Part shown: positions 13,541 to 26,867 of the stretch, piece after piece
Numbering within the stretch: the stretch's first letter is position 1
Layout: the number at the start of each line of letters is the position of its first letter
Program-made: the position numbers and the translations under genes
Notes under the pieces: model-generated
Databases searched by the model: none
Seen by the model: the letters and a program-made list of their open reading frames with translations, nothing else
Told to the model about the DNA's origin: nothing
Assembly (NCBI RefSeq): GCF_963921235.1
Contig: NC_086097.1
Location: 58,158,001 to 58,222,000, forward strand
Length of the DNA: 64,000 nt
Direction: 5' to 3'
From: Mobula hypostoma
Lineage: Eukaryota

Positions 13541-13714
13541 AGCTGATTGGACAATCGGGGTCAGGTGACCAAGCAGCTTGAAAAGTTCACACAGATAAAT
13601 AGAGGGGTAGCTCAAGCAGAGCGGCCAGTGAAGGAGTGGAGCTTTGAGGCTTCGACTTGAGAGGCTTCGACGAGAAGAGACTGAGGACGAGCTTGCTCCC
13701 AGTTAGTCTTTACA

Positions 13715-14656
13715 ATGTCTCCTGAGACAGTGATGTGCCTCTCATTTGAGATGTGGCAGTCTTGGGGGAACGCCCCTCTCCTTCAGAATCACATCTGCCA
13801 GAAGTGCATACGGCTGGGTGATCTGGAAGACCGTGTAAGGAATCTGGAGCAGCAGCTGGATGACCTTTGACTCACAAGGGAGAATGAGGCAGTCATTGAT
13901 GAGAGCTACAGGGAGGTAGTCACACCTAGGCTGTCGGAAGCAGGTCGTTGCGTGACATTCAGAGGGGGGAAAGCGAAGGTGAGCAGACAGGTAGTGCAGA
14001 GCACCCCTGTAACCATTCCCCTGAATAATAAGTTTACCGTCCTGGATACTGTTGGCGGGGACGACTGACCAGGTGTTAGCCATGGTGGCAGGGCCTCCGG
14101 CACTGAGACTGACCCTGTGGTGCAGAAGGGTGGGACAGAGAAGAGGAGAGCTGTCATCATTGGGGACTCTATAGTCAGGGGAACAGACAGGAGATTTTGT
14201 GGATGTGAGATGGACACCTGCATGGTTTGTTGCCTCCTGGGTGCCAGGGTCCGGTATGTCTCTGACCCGGTGCACGACATCCTGGTACGAGAGGGAAAGC
14301 AACCAGAAGTCATGATACATGTTGGTACCAATGACATAGGCAGGAAGAGGGATGAGGTCCTGAAGTGTGAGTTTCGGGAACTAGGCAGAAGGCTGAAGAA
14401 CAGGACCTCAAGGGTGATGTTCTCAGGATTGCTGCCAGTGCTACGTGATAGTGATGGTAAGAATTAGAGGAGATGGCAGTTGAATGCGTGGCTGAGGAGT
14501 TGGTGCAGGGGGCAGGGTTTTAGATTTTTAGATCATTGGGATCTCTTCTGGGGAAAGTGGGACCTGTACAGATTGGATGGGTTGCACCTGAACTCGAAGG
14601 GGAGCAATATCATTGCAGGTAGGTTTGCTAGCATGGTTCGGGAGGGTTTATACTAA
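13715..14656 (+). pseudogene. CR1 ORF1 (zinc finger/leucine zipper + SGNH esterase), disrupted by in-frame stops
   Basis: MSPETVMCLSFEMW...ICQKC...LEDRVRNLEQQL; IIGDSIVR; IHVGTND; DGLHLN. Frame is preserved but carries premature stops. Confidence 0.9.
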
Positions 14657-17555
14657 TTTGCAAGGGGGATGGGACCTGCAGGGATAGAGCAGTGAAAGAA
14701 GTGCATGGAGTAAAGCCAGATCTAACATACAGAGAGGCTTTGAGGAAAGAGAAGCAGAATAAACGGTGTAAAGACAGTAAGGTAGAAGGGCTGAAATGTG
14801 TGTACCTCAATGCAAGAAGCATCATTAACAAAGGTGATGAACGGAGAGCTTGGATACATACATGGAATTATGATGTAGTGGCCATTACAGAGGCTTGGCT
14901 GGCACCAGGGCAGGAATGGATTCTCAATATTCCTGGATTTCAGTGCTTTAAAAGGGATAGAGAGGGGGGGAAAAGGGGAAGAAGGGTGGTATTACTGGTC
15001 AGGGATACTATTACAGCTATAGAAAGGGTGGGTAATGTAGCAGGATCCTCTTTTGAGTCAGTATGGGTGGAAGCCAGGAACAGGAAGGGAGCAGTTACTC
15101 TATTAGGGGTAGTCTATAGGCCCCCTGGTAGCAGCGGAGATACCGAGGAGCAGATTGGGAGGCAGATTGTGGAAAGGTGTAAAGATAACAGGGTTGTTAT
15201 CATGGGTGACTTTAACCTCCCTAATATTGATTGGCACCTGATTAGTTCCAAGGGCTTAGATGGGGCAGAGTTTGTTAAGTGTGTCCAGGATGGATTCCTG
15301 TCACAGTATGTTGAGAGGCCGACTAGGGGGAATGCCATACTAGATCTAGTACTAGGTAACGAACTGGGTCAGGTCACAGATCTTGCAGTGGGTGAGCATC
15401 TGGGGTACAGTGGCCACCGCTCCCTGGCCTTTAACATTATCATGGAAAAGGACAGAATCAGAAAGGACAGGAAAATTTTTAATTGGGGAAGGGCAAGTTA
15501 TGAGGCTATAAGGCTAGAACTTGCGGGTGTGAATTGGGATGATGTTTTAGGAGGGAAATGTACTATGGACATGTGGCAATGTTTAGGGATCTCTTGCAGG
15601 ATGTTAGGGATAAATTTGTCCCGGTGAGGAAGATAAAGAATGGTAGGGTGAAGGAACCATGGGTGACAAGTGAGGTGGAGAATCTAGTCAGGTGGAAGAA
15701 AGCAGCATACATGAGGTTAGGAAGCAAGGATCAGATGGGTCTATTGAGGAATATAAGGTAGCAAGAAAGGAGCTTAAGAAGGGGCTGAGGAGAGCAAGAA
15801 GGGGGCATGAGAAGGCCTTGGTGAGTAGGGTAAAGGAAAACCCCAAGGCGTTCTTTAATTATGTGAAGAACAAAAGGATGACAGGAGTGACGGTAGGACC
15901 AATTTGAGATAAAGGTGAGAAGATGTGCCTGGAGGCTGTGGAAGTGAGCGAGGTCCTCAATGAGTTCTTCTCTTCGGTATTCACCAATGAGAGGGAACTT
16001 GATGACGGTGAGGACAATATGAGTGAGGTTGAGGTTCTGGAGCATGTTGATATTAAGGGAAAGGAGGTGTTGGAGTTGTTAAAATACTTTAGGACGGATA
16101 AGTCCCCGGGGCCTGACGGAATATTCCCCAGGCTGCTCCATGAGGCAAGGGAAGAGATTGCTGTGCCTCTGGCTAGGATCTTTATGTCCTCGTTGTCCAT
16201 GGGAATGGCACTGGAGGATTGGAGGGAGGCAAATGTTGTCCCCTTGTTCAAAAAAGGTAACAGGGATAGTCCGGGTAATTATAGACCCTGGGTCTGTCAT
16301 GGGAAAGCCGCTGGAAAAGATTCTTGGAGATAGGATCTATGGACATTTAGAGAATCATGGTCTGATCAGGGACAGTCAGCATGGCTTTGTGAAGGGCAGA
16401 TCATGTCCAACAAGCCTGATAGAGTTCTTTGAGGAGGTGACCAGGCATATAGATGAGGGTAGTGCAGTGGATGTGATCTACATGGATTTTAGTAAGGTAT
16501 TTGACAAGGTTCCACATGGTAGGCTTATTCAGAAAGTCAGAAGGCATGGGATCCAGGGAAGTTTGGCCAGGGGAATTCAGAATTGGCATGCCTGCAGAAA
16601 GCAGAGGGTCGTGGTGGAGGGAGTACATTCCGATTGGAGGGTTGTGACTAGTGGTGTCCCACAAGGATCTGTTCTGGGACCTCTACTTTTCGTAATTTTT
16701 ATGAATGACCTGGATGTGGGGGTAGAAGGGTGGATTGGCAAGTTTGCAGATGACACAAAGTTTGGCGGTGTTGTGGATAGTGTAAAGGATTATTGAAGAT
16801 TGCAGAGAGACATTGATAGGATGCAGAAGTGAGCTGAGAAGTGGCAGATGGAGTTCAACCCGGAGAAGTGTGAGGTGGTACACTTTGGAAGGACAAATTC
16901 CAAGGCAGAGTACAAAGTAAATGGCAGGATACTTGGTAGTGCAGAGGAGCAGAGGGATCTGGGGGTACATGTCCACAAATCCCTGAAAGTTGCCTCACAG
17001 GTAGATAGGGTAGTTAAGAAAGCTCATGGGGTGTTAGCTTTCATAAGTCGAGGGATAGAGTTTAAGAGTCGCGAGGTAATGATTCAGCTCTATAAAACTC
17101 TGGTTAGGCCACACTTGGAGTACTGTGTCCAGTTCTGGTCACCTCACTATAGGAAGGATGTGGAAACATTGGAAAGGGTATAGAGGAGATTTACCAAGAT
17201 GTTGCCTGGATTTGAGAGTATGCATTATGATCAGAGATTAAGGGAGCTAGGGCTTTACTCTTTGGAGAGAAGGAGGATGAGAGGAGACATGATAGAGGTA
17301 TACAAGATATTAAGAGGAATAGATAGAATGGACAATCAGCGCTTCTTCCCCAGGGCACAACTGCTCAGTTCAAGAGGACATGGCTTTAAGATAAGGGGTG
17401 GGAAGTTCCAGGGGGATATTAGAGGAAGGTTTTTTATTCAGAGAATGGTTGGTACGTGGAATGTACTGCCTGAGATAATGGTGGAAGCAGATACACTAGT
17501 GAAATTTAAGAACCTACTAGACAGGTATATGGAGGAATTTAAGGTGGGGAGTTAA
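14657..17555 (+). pseudogene. CR1 ORF2 (AP endonuclease + reverse transcriptase), frameshifted and with stops
   Basis: YLNARSI, ITEAW, YRPP, GDFN, ILDLVL (APE); [33 protein letters not shown] (RT). Confidence 0.95.
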
Positions 17556-17788
17556 ATGGGAGGCAGGGTTTGAGGGTTGGCATAACATTGTGGGCCGAAA
17601 GGCCTGTACTGTGCTATACTATTCTATGTTCTATAAAACCATAGTAACTATGTCAAATCGTTTCTTGACTTTACAAATGTAAATACATCATTTGTCTCAG
17701 AAAACCCTCCTGTAACTCTTCCACCACTGATGTAAAATTTGATGGGCTGTAGTCCTTTGGCTTACCTCTTCTGTCCTTCTTAAATAAG

Positions 17789-18205
17789 TGTCACAACCAC
17801 AGACTCTGCCACGGGGTCTGCGCACACTTGCAGATGGGCTGCAGAACAAGTTTGGCAATCATGCTCATAAGTATGCATGTTCCAGCCAATTAGTGCTTCA
17901 TTGTGGTGGTATTTAACTCCCTTCTCATTTCAGTCTTGTTGAGACTTGACCAAAAGCAACGCAACATCAATGGTCCCTGCTTACGGTTGTCCTGGTTCTG
18001 GAAAAGAAGACTGGCGCTGTTGAAGAGTGGTATTTATTTAGTATTAAGATACTACTGTCGACCTGCTATATTGGCATTAGCTTTAGTTTGAAAATTCTGG
18101 TTAACAGCCCTGTTGGCTCAGTGTTTACTGTTTTTTTCTTCTATTTCCGCAGAGCTCCTATTAAAAGTCAGTGTCTCACTCTTGGCACTTTGGCCATAAC
18201 CATAC
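17789..18205 (+). repeat. 5' LTR of the outer Gypsy (3' end partly deleted)
   Basis: Colinear with 26330-26867; starts with TGTCA. Confidence 0.85.
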
Positions 18206-21200
18206 ATACTAGTCCGCAAAATGGATCCAGCAGAGAGAGAACAGCTGACCTTGGCCAGATAGGAGAGATGTTAGTCAGTTGAAGCCACATTGAGAGAAGT
18301 TCCTCAGGCAGTGCAACAGATATTCGCAGAACAACAAACCTCGTTCAGACTGAAATTTGAGGAGGTGAATCTAAATTCAATAGAGACTGGATGGCCAGCA
18401 TGTCTCACACAGTGTGGCAGCTTCTTTCAGAGTGGCAAGCCCAGTCCCAGCTGGAAGAAAAGGTGTCAGCCCTCGCAGTCAATGTTCAGCAACTCACCGT
18501 AGACAGCCAGAATTAGGTGGCAGAAAATATTGCTCTCATGTCTTCAGTTCAGCAACTTACTTCCAACAGCCAGAATCAGGTGGCAGCCACTACCGCTCTT
18601 GCTGCCATAATTTAGCAGCCTCTAGCCATCTCAGTCCCAGTCCCAGCACCTCCCAAATCCTCCTCTTCAACCTCGGCCACTTGTGCCCGACTCCCATAAC
18701 TGCGTCTGGGCCAGAATTCCTCCACCAGGTAGATTATCGGGTGACTCTGATGGCTGCAGGAATTTTATTACCCAGTGTGAAATGACTTTCCAAGCCCAGC
18801 CTGGTCGTTTCAGTGATGACGTGAATAAACTGGGGTATATGGTGAACCTCGTAGACAGATCCCCACTCAGCCTGCTCAGCAGGGTTCCCCTGTAGCCCGA
18901 TCATTTCCGCATTTTGTTGTTGAGTTCTAGAGAATTTCTGATCTTCCAGTATAGGGTCAGGACGCCACCCACCGATGCCTGGACCTGCACCAAGGTAGAA
19001 GGACAGTGAGGGACTATGCAGTAAAGTGCTGCATGCTTGTGGTGGAGATGGAGTGGAACAAGAGATCCCTCATCACTACCTTCTAGCAGGTACTGAGCAC
19101 TGGGGTCTGGTGCGAGTTCACAGTGCGTGACCAGCAGGACAGCTTGGATAACCTGATTAATCTGGCCATCTGAATTGACAACTGGGCAACTGAGTGTCGC
19201 AAAGAGAAACTGCCCAAGCTACCTACTCCTTAAGTCACCGTTTGTCTGTACCTTCACCCCGTACACTGTCTGTGCAGGAGCCTTATGCAGGTGGGGCAAA
19301 GGAGGAAAGAGATCAGTGCAGGAGAACAGGTTCCTGCCTCTATTGTGGCAATTAAGGATACCTCCAGGCTTCATGGCCCAAGCACCCAATAAAAGAGGAT
19401 ATTCGCCAACAAAAGGGGAGTTCTTATGGGTCTGTCTCCTTGCAAGCATCTTCCCCTAATTGTATAACGCTCCCAGCTTCCTTGTCTTGGGGGTCTCAGA
19501 CCTATGAGCTTCAGGTGGTTATTGAAGCCGGGACAGCCGGAAACCTCATGGATATCTCTTTGGTTCAAAAATGGAGAGTTTTGACTCAGCAATTGAGAGA
19601 AAATATCGACATTAAGACCCTGGATGAGTGGCATCTGGGCACTGGCAAGATCCACCTTTCCACAGAGCCCTTCCAACTTGTTCTAGAAGGCAACCATAGG
19701 GAACAATTCTCCTTCTCTCTGGTTGACTCACCTGAACTGCTCCTGATTATCACGGCCCAACTCATGGATTATTGGACCCTAAGGGTACTCCAAGAGCAGG
19801 GACCAGCATGCCTGTCTACATGTTTACATCCAACTCAAGGCCATGTCTGTGAATCCCCTCTTGTATCAACTGCTAATTTGGACCTTTCTGTCATTCCAGC
19901 TGAACATGCTGATCTTCATGAGGTCTTCAGTAAAAAGAAGACCACATTGCTACCTCTACAGTGGCCATATGACTGTGCATTTAACCCTCTACTAGTCCTC
20001 CCCAGAACCAACTGTTTTCCATCTCTCATCCTGAAATAGTGGCCGTGGAAGAGTTCATCAAGAAGGCATTGGCCTTAGAGTTTATCCATCCGTCAACCTC
20101 ACCCTAGGAGTGGGATTCTTTTTGGTGGGCAAGAAGAATGGCAAGCTCTGTCCCTTCATTAATCATTGGCCCCTCAACAACATCACAGTGAAGAATGGCT
20201 ACCCTCTTCCCCTGCTTGCCTTTGCGTTAGAAGATCTCCAAGGAGCAATCATATTTTCCAAGCTAGATCTGTGCAATATTTATAACCTGGCTCATATCTG
20301 AGAGGAGTTCAAATGGAAGACAGCCTTCAGTACTTCCATTGGCCTCCATGGGTACCTTGTGATCCCCTTTGGTCTGACCGATGCTCCCTCTGTTATTCAG
20401 GCCCTGGTCAATGATGTGTTCAGGGACATGTTGAATCATATTGTTTTTGTGTATTTGGTTGACATTTGATCTCTTCTCTCCCTCACCAGGAATGTGTCCA
20501 GCATGTCCTTGAGAAGCCAGAGAAGTATGAGTTCTGCAAAGAGCAGGTGTTGTTTTTGGGGTATATCCTCATCCCTTCCAGTGTCCAAATGGGCCCGAGT
20601 AAAGTTCAGACAATACAGAGTGGTCCAAACCATCTAAATTCATACAGGTGATGCGCTTCATGGGGCTTGGTAAACTTTTATTACCACTTCATCAGAAACT
20701 TCAGTTTCATCGTGGTCTCCATAAAAGCACTCACTAAGAAAACCTCTGCAGAATTCCTTTGGACAAATGAAGCAGACCAAACATTCTCAGAACTAAAGTG
20801 AGGCTTCAATGCTGCCCTGGTGCTGCAGCACCCTCACCCATTCCATCCACTCGTCATCAGAGTGGATGCACCAGATGTCGGCATTGGAGTTGTACTCTCC
20901 CAGTGCTCTTCTGCAGATAAATGGCAGCACCCCTGTGCCTTACTTTCATATCGCATGATTCTGCCGAGTGTAATTACAATGTTGAGAACTGAGTACTTCT
21001 GGCTGTCAAGTAGGCCCTGGAAGCACGACGACACTGGCTGGAGGGGGCAGAGCACTCCATTTTTGTATGAACAGAACACAAGAACCTCTACTACATTCTG
21101 GACACCAAGAAACTCAACTCCTAGAAGTCCGTTGGGCTCTTTTCTTTGCTCAGTTTATTTTCACCTTCATTTACTGTCCTGGCAGCAAGAATACCAAGGT

Positions 21201-22806
21201 TGATGCTCTCTTCCGGCAGTTTGACTTGTCTGAGGCCAACACCAATCCAGGGTTCATCCTTCCTCACTTGTGCATTGCTGCTCTGGTGATTTAGGGAGTA
21301 GAGGTGGAGGAGAGGACTGCCCAGTGGTCAGATCCAGACCCAAGTGGGGGATCTCCCAACTGGCCATTTGTCCCTGCCATGGTGCACCCCAGAGTGTTGG
21401 AATGGAGTCACTCCTCCCATCTGGATTGACATCCAGGAATTCAACAGAAAGAGAGAAAGAACAATGTTCATGCTTAGACAGAGCACATGCGCAGACCATA
21501 GATCAATATGTAGTGCTAAGTGTGTGGGGGGGGGGGTTATTGCTCTCAAAGAAATAGATCCATATATTACACTTCCTCCCCCTTCAGATTAAAGGAACAT
21601 AAAACTGTATATATACAAAACATTCAATTTCCCTTTCATAAACCCATATTTCAAATAAACATACTCTCACCATAACAGCCCATAACTAATTTCACAGTTC
21701 CAAAGGTTCAGTCTTTAGGGTAGCTCTGTTTCTTTCACTATAGTGCTTTTGGGCCTGTGGAGTGGCATCACGTTTGGTAAGTGCCTTGTCTAAGAGAAGT
21801 TTCTGAGTTTCTGGTGTCACGTTGCTATCAGTGACATTATCATCACTGAGGGGTAAGTCCATTGACTGTAATGTGTCCACCTTGTTGGATGCAATTGAGT
21901 CAGGTGTGTTCTATGGTTGAACATTCAGTCTCTGGTCCACATGATGTCTCCATGTCTCATCTGCAACATCCACTGTGTACATCAGTCGTTCATTTCTTGT
22001 AGCTATCCTACCAGGTGTCCATTTGTCTTCTTGGTAATCATGAACTGGGATTCCTGTCCAACCTCAAAGTTCCTTGCTGATTTACTTGCAATCTGGTTGA
22101 ACTGTTTATTCTGCACTTCCCTCCATAGATCTGGTTTCAGGAGGCCATGTGAGATCTCAGATTCCTGCTCATGAACAAGATTGCAGTTGTTTGATCTATT
22201 GTCGCATGAACAGAGTTCCAATACACAAAAAGAAAGTTGTCCGCCTTGTGATGTAGAGAAATGTCCTCTTGTCCATTGCTTCAATGGACTTATTGAAGGT
22301 TTGGAGAAACCTTTCAGCTAACCCATTTGTTTCTGGGTGGTGAGGAGCAGACTTGAAATGTCTGATGCCATTTGTCTTCATGAACAGTTGGAATTCTTCA
22401 AACATGTATTGTGGTCCGTTGTCACTCACTATTTGTTCTAGTAAGCCATTTCTGGTGAAAATAATCCTCAGGACAGAGGCAGTCTTTGCTGAGGTGGTTG
22501 ACTTCATTGCTACAATCTCTGGCCAATTTGAATGAGCAGACACAGCAATCAGAAACGTGGAGTCCATGAATGGCCCAGCAAAGTCAGTATGTACTCTTTG
22601 CCATGGTGATGATGGCCACTCCCATGGGTGTACCAGTGCCTGTGGGGTACATTTTGAACTTTTTGGCATCCCAAGCTGCTTCTGGACAAATCTTCAATCT
22701 GCTTATCTATTCCCAGCCACCACACAGTTTCACATGAGACTCTTCACCTTGTCTGTTTTGCAGGTGTCCTTCATGAAGATTTTCTGACACTCTGGTATGC
22801 ATTTGA

Positions 22807-23292
22807 AGGTTGATTTATACTTGTGCATACAGGTTACGCCGTAACTTACGCGACTGGCCTACGCCATTGTGAGCATTTATACTTGTGCATTGGTCTGTCA
22901 GTGTCACTCTGCAATTCACCGCCAAAACGTTAGTTGGCGGTGGGGTTTCTTTACCACTGTGTTGAGTTTCTTCCTGTACTTCAAACAATGGCGATTGAAA
23001 CTGAACACATCATGTTGGAGTTGGAGCCAATAAATGTTGAACAAGTGTTTCTTCTCTCTCAATTCTGAAATGGCGGAGAAGAAGAAGCAACCAGAAATGC
23101 ATAGGAGGAAATGCGATGCTACCAAGCGGACCAATCACAGTTGTTGCGGTCTGCGTCGCTGTGACGCGTAGTTACATTTTGGGAGAGGTGCGTGTTAGGC
23201 TACGGCGTAGGGTTTGGCGTAGAGTACAGTGTATGGTACGCAGCTATGCCTTACCTATGGCGTACATTTGACGCAGAAGTATAAATTGGGCC
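22807..23292. mobile_element. PIF/Harbinger-like MITE
   Basis: Imperfect TIRs aggttgatttatacttgtgc / gcagaagtataaattgggcc. 3-bp flanks tga/tta. Subterminal TACGCCGTA-type repeats. Interrupts the Gypsy pol. Confidence 0.75.
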
Positions 23293-24368
23293 TTAGAGGG
23301 AACCACAACACAAGATCTACACATCAGCATTCTTTGGCATACGGACAGTTGGTCTCGTCTTGCTGAGTACTCTGGAAACATACGGTTACTGTGAGCTGGC
23401 CATCCTTGCATGGTGACGTCATAGACTTTTGATAATGTTGGGTCATTCCTTGTTTCCCTTTGTATTTCGGTATTTGTAATCAGCAACTGGTCCACCAATG
23501 TGGTGTGGAACACTTCTGCTGGGTCACAGAATGAAGTCATTTCTTCTTCAGTTGCCAATAGTGGAAGGCGTGACAAGCCATCAGTGTTGTGTTGTTTGGT
23601 ACTCTTGAACTCTATGCCGTAAGAGTGGGCTCCCAGAAGTAGTAACCAGGTAGCAGTGATCACTGGAATTCCTTTTCTAGGATTGAAAATGGACAGAAGG
23701 GGCTGGTGATCTGCGTCAGTAATACTATGCAATTCTAGGCATGTATAAAGTGACCTTCAATCACTTTATACATTTGCTTAGTTTTGTGTGTGAAACTCTT
23801 CACTCAGCATGGTTTTTCTCTTTGGTTGTGCTTTTGTCTGACTTGCACATTCTCTCTGTGTGACCTTATCTATGACACTTTCTGCAGACATTTTGTTTCA
23901 ACCAACAGTCATTTGCACCATGAGAGGATTTGTCACATCGATAACATTTTTGGCCTTTTGCACCATTCAGGGACATTTTGTGCATTTCACATTCTAACCT
24001 CCTTTTCTGTAGTTCTGCTGCATACTTTGCTGCAGTCTCTAATGATATTGAAATGGTTAATGCCTGTTTTAAGGTTGGGCCTCTTTTGGACAGTAGCCTC
24101 TTTTGAATGCTTTGACTAAGCATGCCACATACAGGCCTGTCCCTTAATGCATCAGGAAGTCCATCACTAAGGTCGCATTTCTGGGAAAGTTTGCGCAGTT
24201 CTGCGATGTATTCCGAAACGCTTTTATTTTTTGACTGGTTCCTTTTGTAAAATCTAAATTTCTTAGCTATCACCAATGATTTAGGGCTCAAGTGATTTTG
24301 TAAAATTATAACAATTTCATCGGACATCTTGTTTGCTGGCTTTGCAGGGGTTACTAGGTTGCGTAAAA

Positions 24369-24714
24369 CAGTGGTCCCCAACTTCCAGGCCGCGGACCGA
24401 TACATTGCCACAAAGCATGCAACGGTGCAGCGGTAGCCGGAACGCACACAGCACATCTTTAAGAAAAAAGCTGAAATAAACAAGCTAATTAGATGCCGCA
24501 TGGCACGTAAATGTCGGCGCAGATCAGAGGCGATTGCCAATTGTGTCGCCTCTGATCTGGGCCGACATTTATGTGCCGGGCGGCACCTAATTAATTAGCC
24601 TGTTTATTTCGGCTTTTTTCTTAAAGATGTGCTGGGTGCATTCCGGCTACTGCTGCACCCCTGCGTTCTTTGCGGCCCCGTATCGGTCCGCTGCCCAGAG
24701 GTTGGGGACCACTG
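24369..24714. mobile_element. hAT (Charlie-like) fold-back MITE
   Basis: Perfect 14-bp TIRs CAGTGGTCCCCAAC. 8-bp TSD gcgtaaaa/gcataaaa. The element is self-complementary over most of its length. Confidence 0.92.
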
Positions 24715-26329
24715 GCATAAAAGACTGTACATTCTTGGGCCCATTACACTCAGAAGTGTAGGGTTTCTTTTGCTCCCCCACGTTGTTTGCATTACAATAC
24801 AGTTTCACCTACTTGATATATGACTCCCAACCTTCATTAGCACTATGAAATTCATCAACTTTCCCACCTGAAGCCATCACCACATTATTTTCACTTTAAA
24901 TTCAGCTCATGCTGTTTCGTTCCATAACTGTCGGCGCAGTTTATGATATTTTGTGACATTCAGGTTCGTACTCTTTGCTAATTTATTGTGTCTGTGCACA
25001 AGTACATATCAATTAAATAAAAGTATGCACACGGAGATGGCTTTAACTGATGTATTTACATTGCAGTGAGAGATAGAGAGAGAACGTGCCTGCGTAGACA
25101 ACAGCGCATGTGCAGACAACAGATCAATACATCTGGGGGTGGGGGAAGAGGTCATTTCTCTAAAAGAAATAGATCTATAGATTACAATTTTAGTGGTCAT
25201 CTATGTTCCAGAACATCCACAAATTCATGTCTGCCTGTTCCACTTGTGCCCAGAATAAGACGTCACGTCAGTGGCCCGCAGGTCTGCTCTGTCTGTTGCC
25301 TGTGTCTCACAGCTCCTGATCGCAGCTTTCGATGGATTTCATCACCAGTGTGCCCCTGTTGATAGAACCACTACCATTCTGATGGTTGTGGACTGATTCT
25401 TCAGGATTGCCCATTTCATTGTTCTCGCCAAGCTCCTTTCAGCCCTCAAGACTGGCACCTCATGGTTTAGCATGTGGTCAGGCTGCATGGCTTTCCTTTG
25501 GACATAGAATCTGATTGAGGACTGCAGCTCATGGGATATTTTTGGAAATCCTTCTGTTCTCTTGCGGGAGCTACAGCCAGCCTCTTATCTGGTTTCCACC
25601 CTGTTTCCACCCCCTACTCTATTGGCCAGACCAAGAGAGTGAATAAGGAGCTGGAGACAACCCTGCCATGTCTTGTCTCTTCCAACCCCACGTACTGGAG
25701 TTCCCAACTGGTTTGAACAGAGATTGTCCACAATAACCTCGGATTGTCCTCCACTGGCATGTCCACTTTGAATGTCAAAAGGGATTCCAGCCACCACCCT
25801 TCTCTGACCAAGAATGATATGGAAGTTTATGAACATTATAAGTGCATGTGAATTCGGGCCAGATCTTCTCTGTTGCATGCTCAGAAGCAACGTGCCCTGC
25901 ATCTGATTGGCCCTGCCGACAGGTGAGCTAGGTGGTGGCTAGAAATCTTCCTTTGAAAGTCAAATGCCGCAAGTCAGCCACATTTATAGCAGAGGCCATC
26001 AGCAAGGTTAAGCCTACCATCATTAATGAATATTCACCTGAAGTTCCTTGTTTCCCAGCTCAAGCCGGTGACAACCTCCCACATGGTTCCAGTCACTCTC
26101 CCTCCCCTCCCCTCCACTTGCTGGATGGGCCTTTGATTTTTTCTGTGTGGCACCTCCTGGTGTCTCGCCGGGTGCAGGCCGAGTCCATTATCTCGTGGAT
26201 TGGGAGGGGTATGGCCCTCAGGATCATTCTTGAGTTCCAGCCCATGACATCCTGGATATTGCTGTCATCTGGGACTACCGGCAGGCACAAGTCAATGGCA
26301 CTCGTGAGCTGTGCCAAACAAGGGGAGCC

Positions 26330-26867
26330 TGTCGCCACCATGGATTTTGCTGCGGGGTTTGTGCGCCCTCACAGGCGGGCTGTGGAACGGGGTCGGCAAT
26401 CACGCTCATAAGTATGCATGGTCCAGCCAGTTAGTGTTTCACTATGGTGGTATTTAACTCCTTTCCTCTCAGTTCAGTCTTGTCACGGTTTGACCAAAAG
26501 CAGAGCAATGTTAACATTCCCTTCTTACCATTATTCTAGTTCCAGGATGGAGACTCACATTTAGACTGTTGCTGCTAAGGAGCGCTATTTATTTAGTATT
26601 AAACTACTATGGCCGAGCCACTGTATCGGCATTAACTTTAGTTTGAAAATTCTAGTTAACAGTCTGGTTGGCCTAGTGTTTATTGTTTTTCCTTTAATTC
26701 TGTGCAATTCCTATTAGGAGTCAGTGAACTGTTGACCACTTCAATGTTTACTTTCTTTGTTTCCCTCTCTCTCTCCCTCCCTCTCCCTCTCCCTCTCCCC
26801 CTCCCTCTCCCTCTCCCCCTCCCCCTCCCTCTCCCTCCACTTTGGGTCTAACCGCACATCCCTGTCA
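26330..26867 (+). repeat. 3' LTR of the outer Gypsy
   Basis: Follows the PPT; TG...CA ends; contains a (CTCCCT)n tract. Confidence 0.9.
26761..26838 (+). repeat. (CTCCCT)n microsatellite
   Basis: Direct observation. Confidence 0.95.

Larger units (their letters stand above)
13541..17635 (+). mobile_element. Near full-length CR1/HER1-type LINE
   Basis: 5'UTR, ORF1, ORF2 (APE + RT), a short 3'UTR and an (TTCTATG)n tail. Confidence 0.97.
21443..25186 (-). mobile_element. Mag-like Gypsy retrotransposon nested in inverted orientation; protease and RT deleted
   Basis: gag (KFRFYKRNQ..SVSEYIAELRKLS..LRDR; CYRC..H..C knuckle) abuts the RNase H end (TDADHQPLLSIF). Integrase (PWEWPSSPWQRVHTDFAGP, VSDNGPQ, NGLAERF). 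PPT at 21572-21584. LTRs at 24987-25186 and 21443-21571 (truncated). Confidence 0.92.
17789..26867 (+). mobile_element. Gypsy LTR retrotransposon, chromovirus (Sushi/V-clade-like), decayed
   Basis: Paired LTRs with TG...CA ends. gag from ATGGATCCAGCA (18221) with PPPGRLSGD..CRNFITQC and a CLYCG knuckle. Protease (VIEAGTAGNLMD), RT, RNase H (VDAPDVGIGVVLSQ), integrase, chromodomain YLVDWEGYGPQDHS at ~26190-26250. PPT at ~26316-26327. Flanks ataag/ataaa. Confidence 0.93.

Noticed and set aside
18221..19400. PEG10/RTL-like domesticated gag
   Set aside because: Multiple stops and frameshifts, and both LTRs are present: an ordinary decayed retrotransposon.
22840..23270. Repeated TACGCCGTA motifs as a CRISPR-like array
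   Set aside because: These are irregular subterminal repeats of a MITE in eukaryotic DNA, with no repeat-spacer periodicity.
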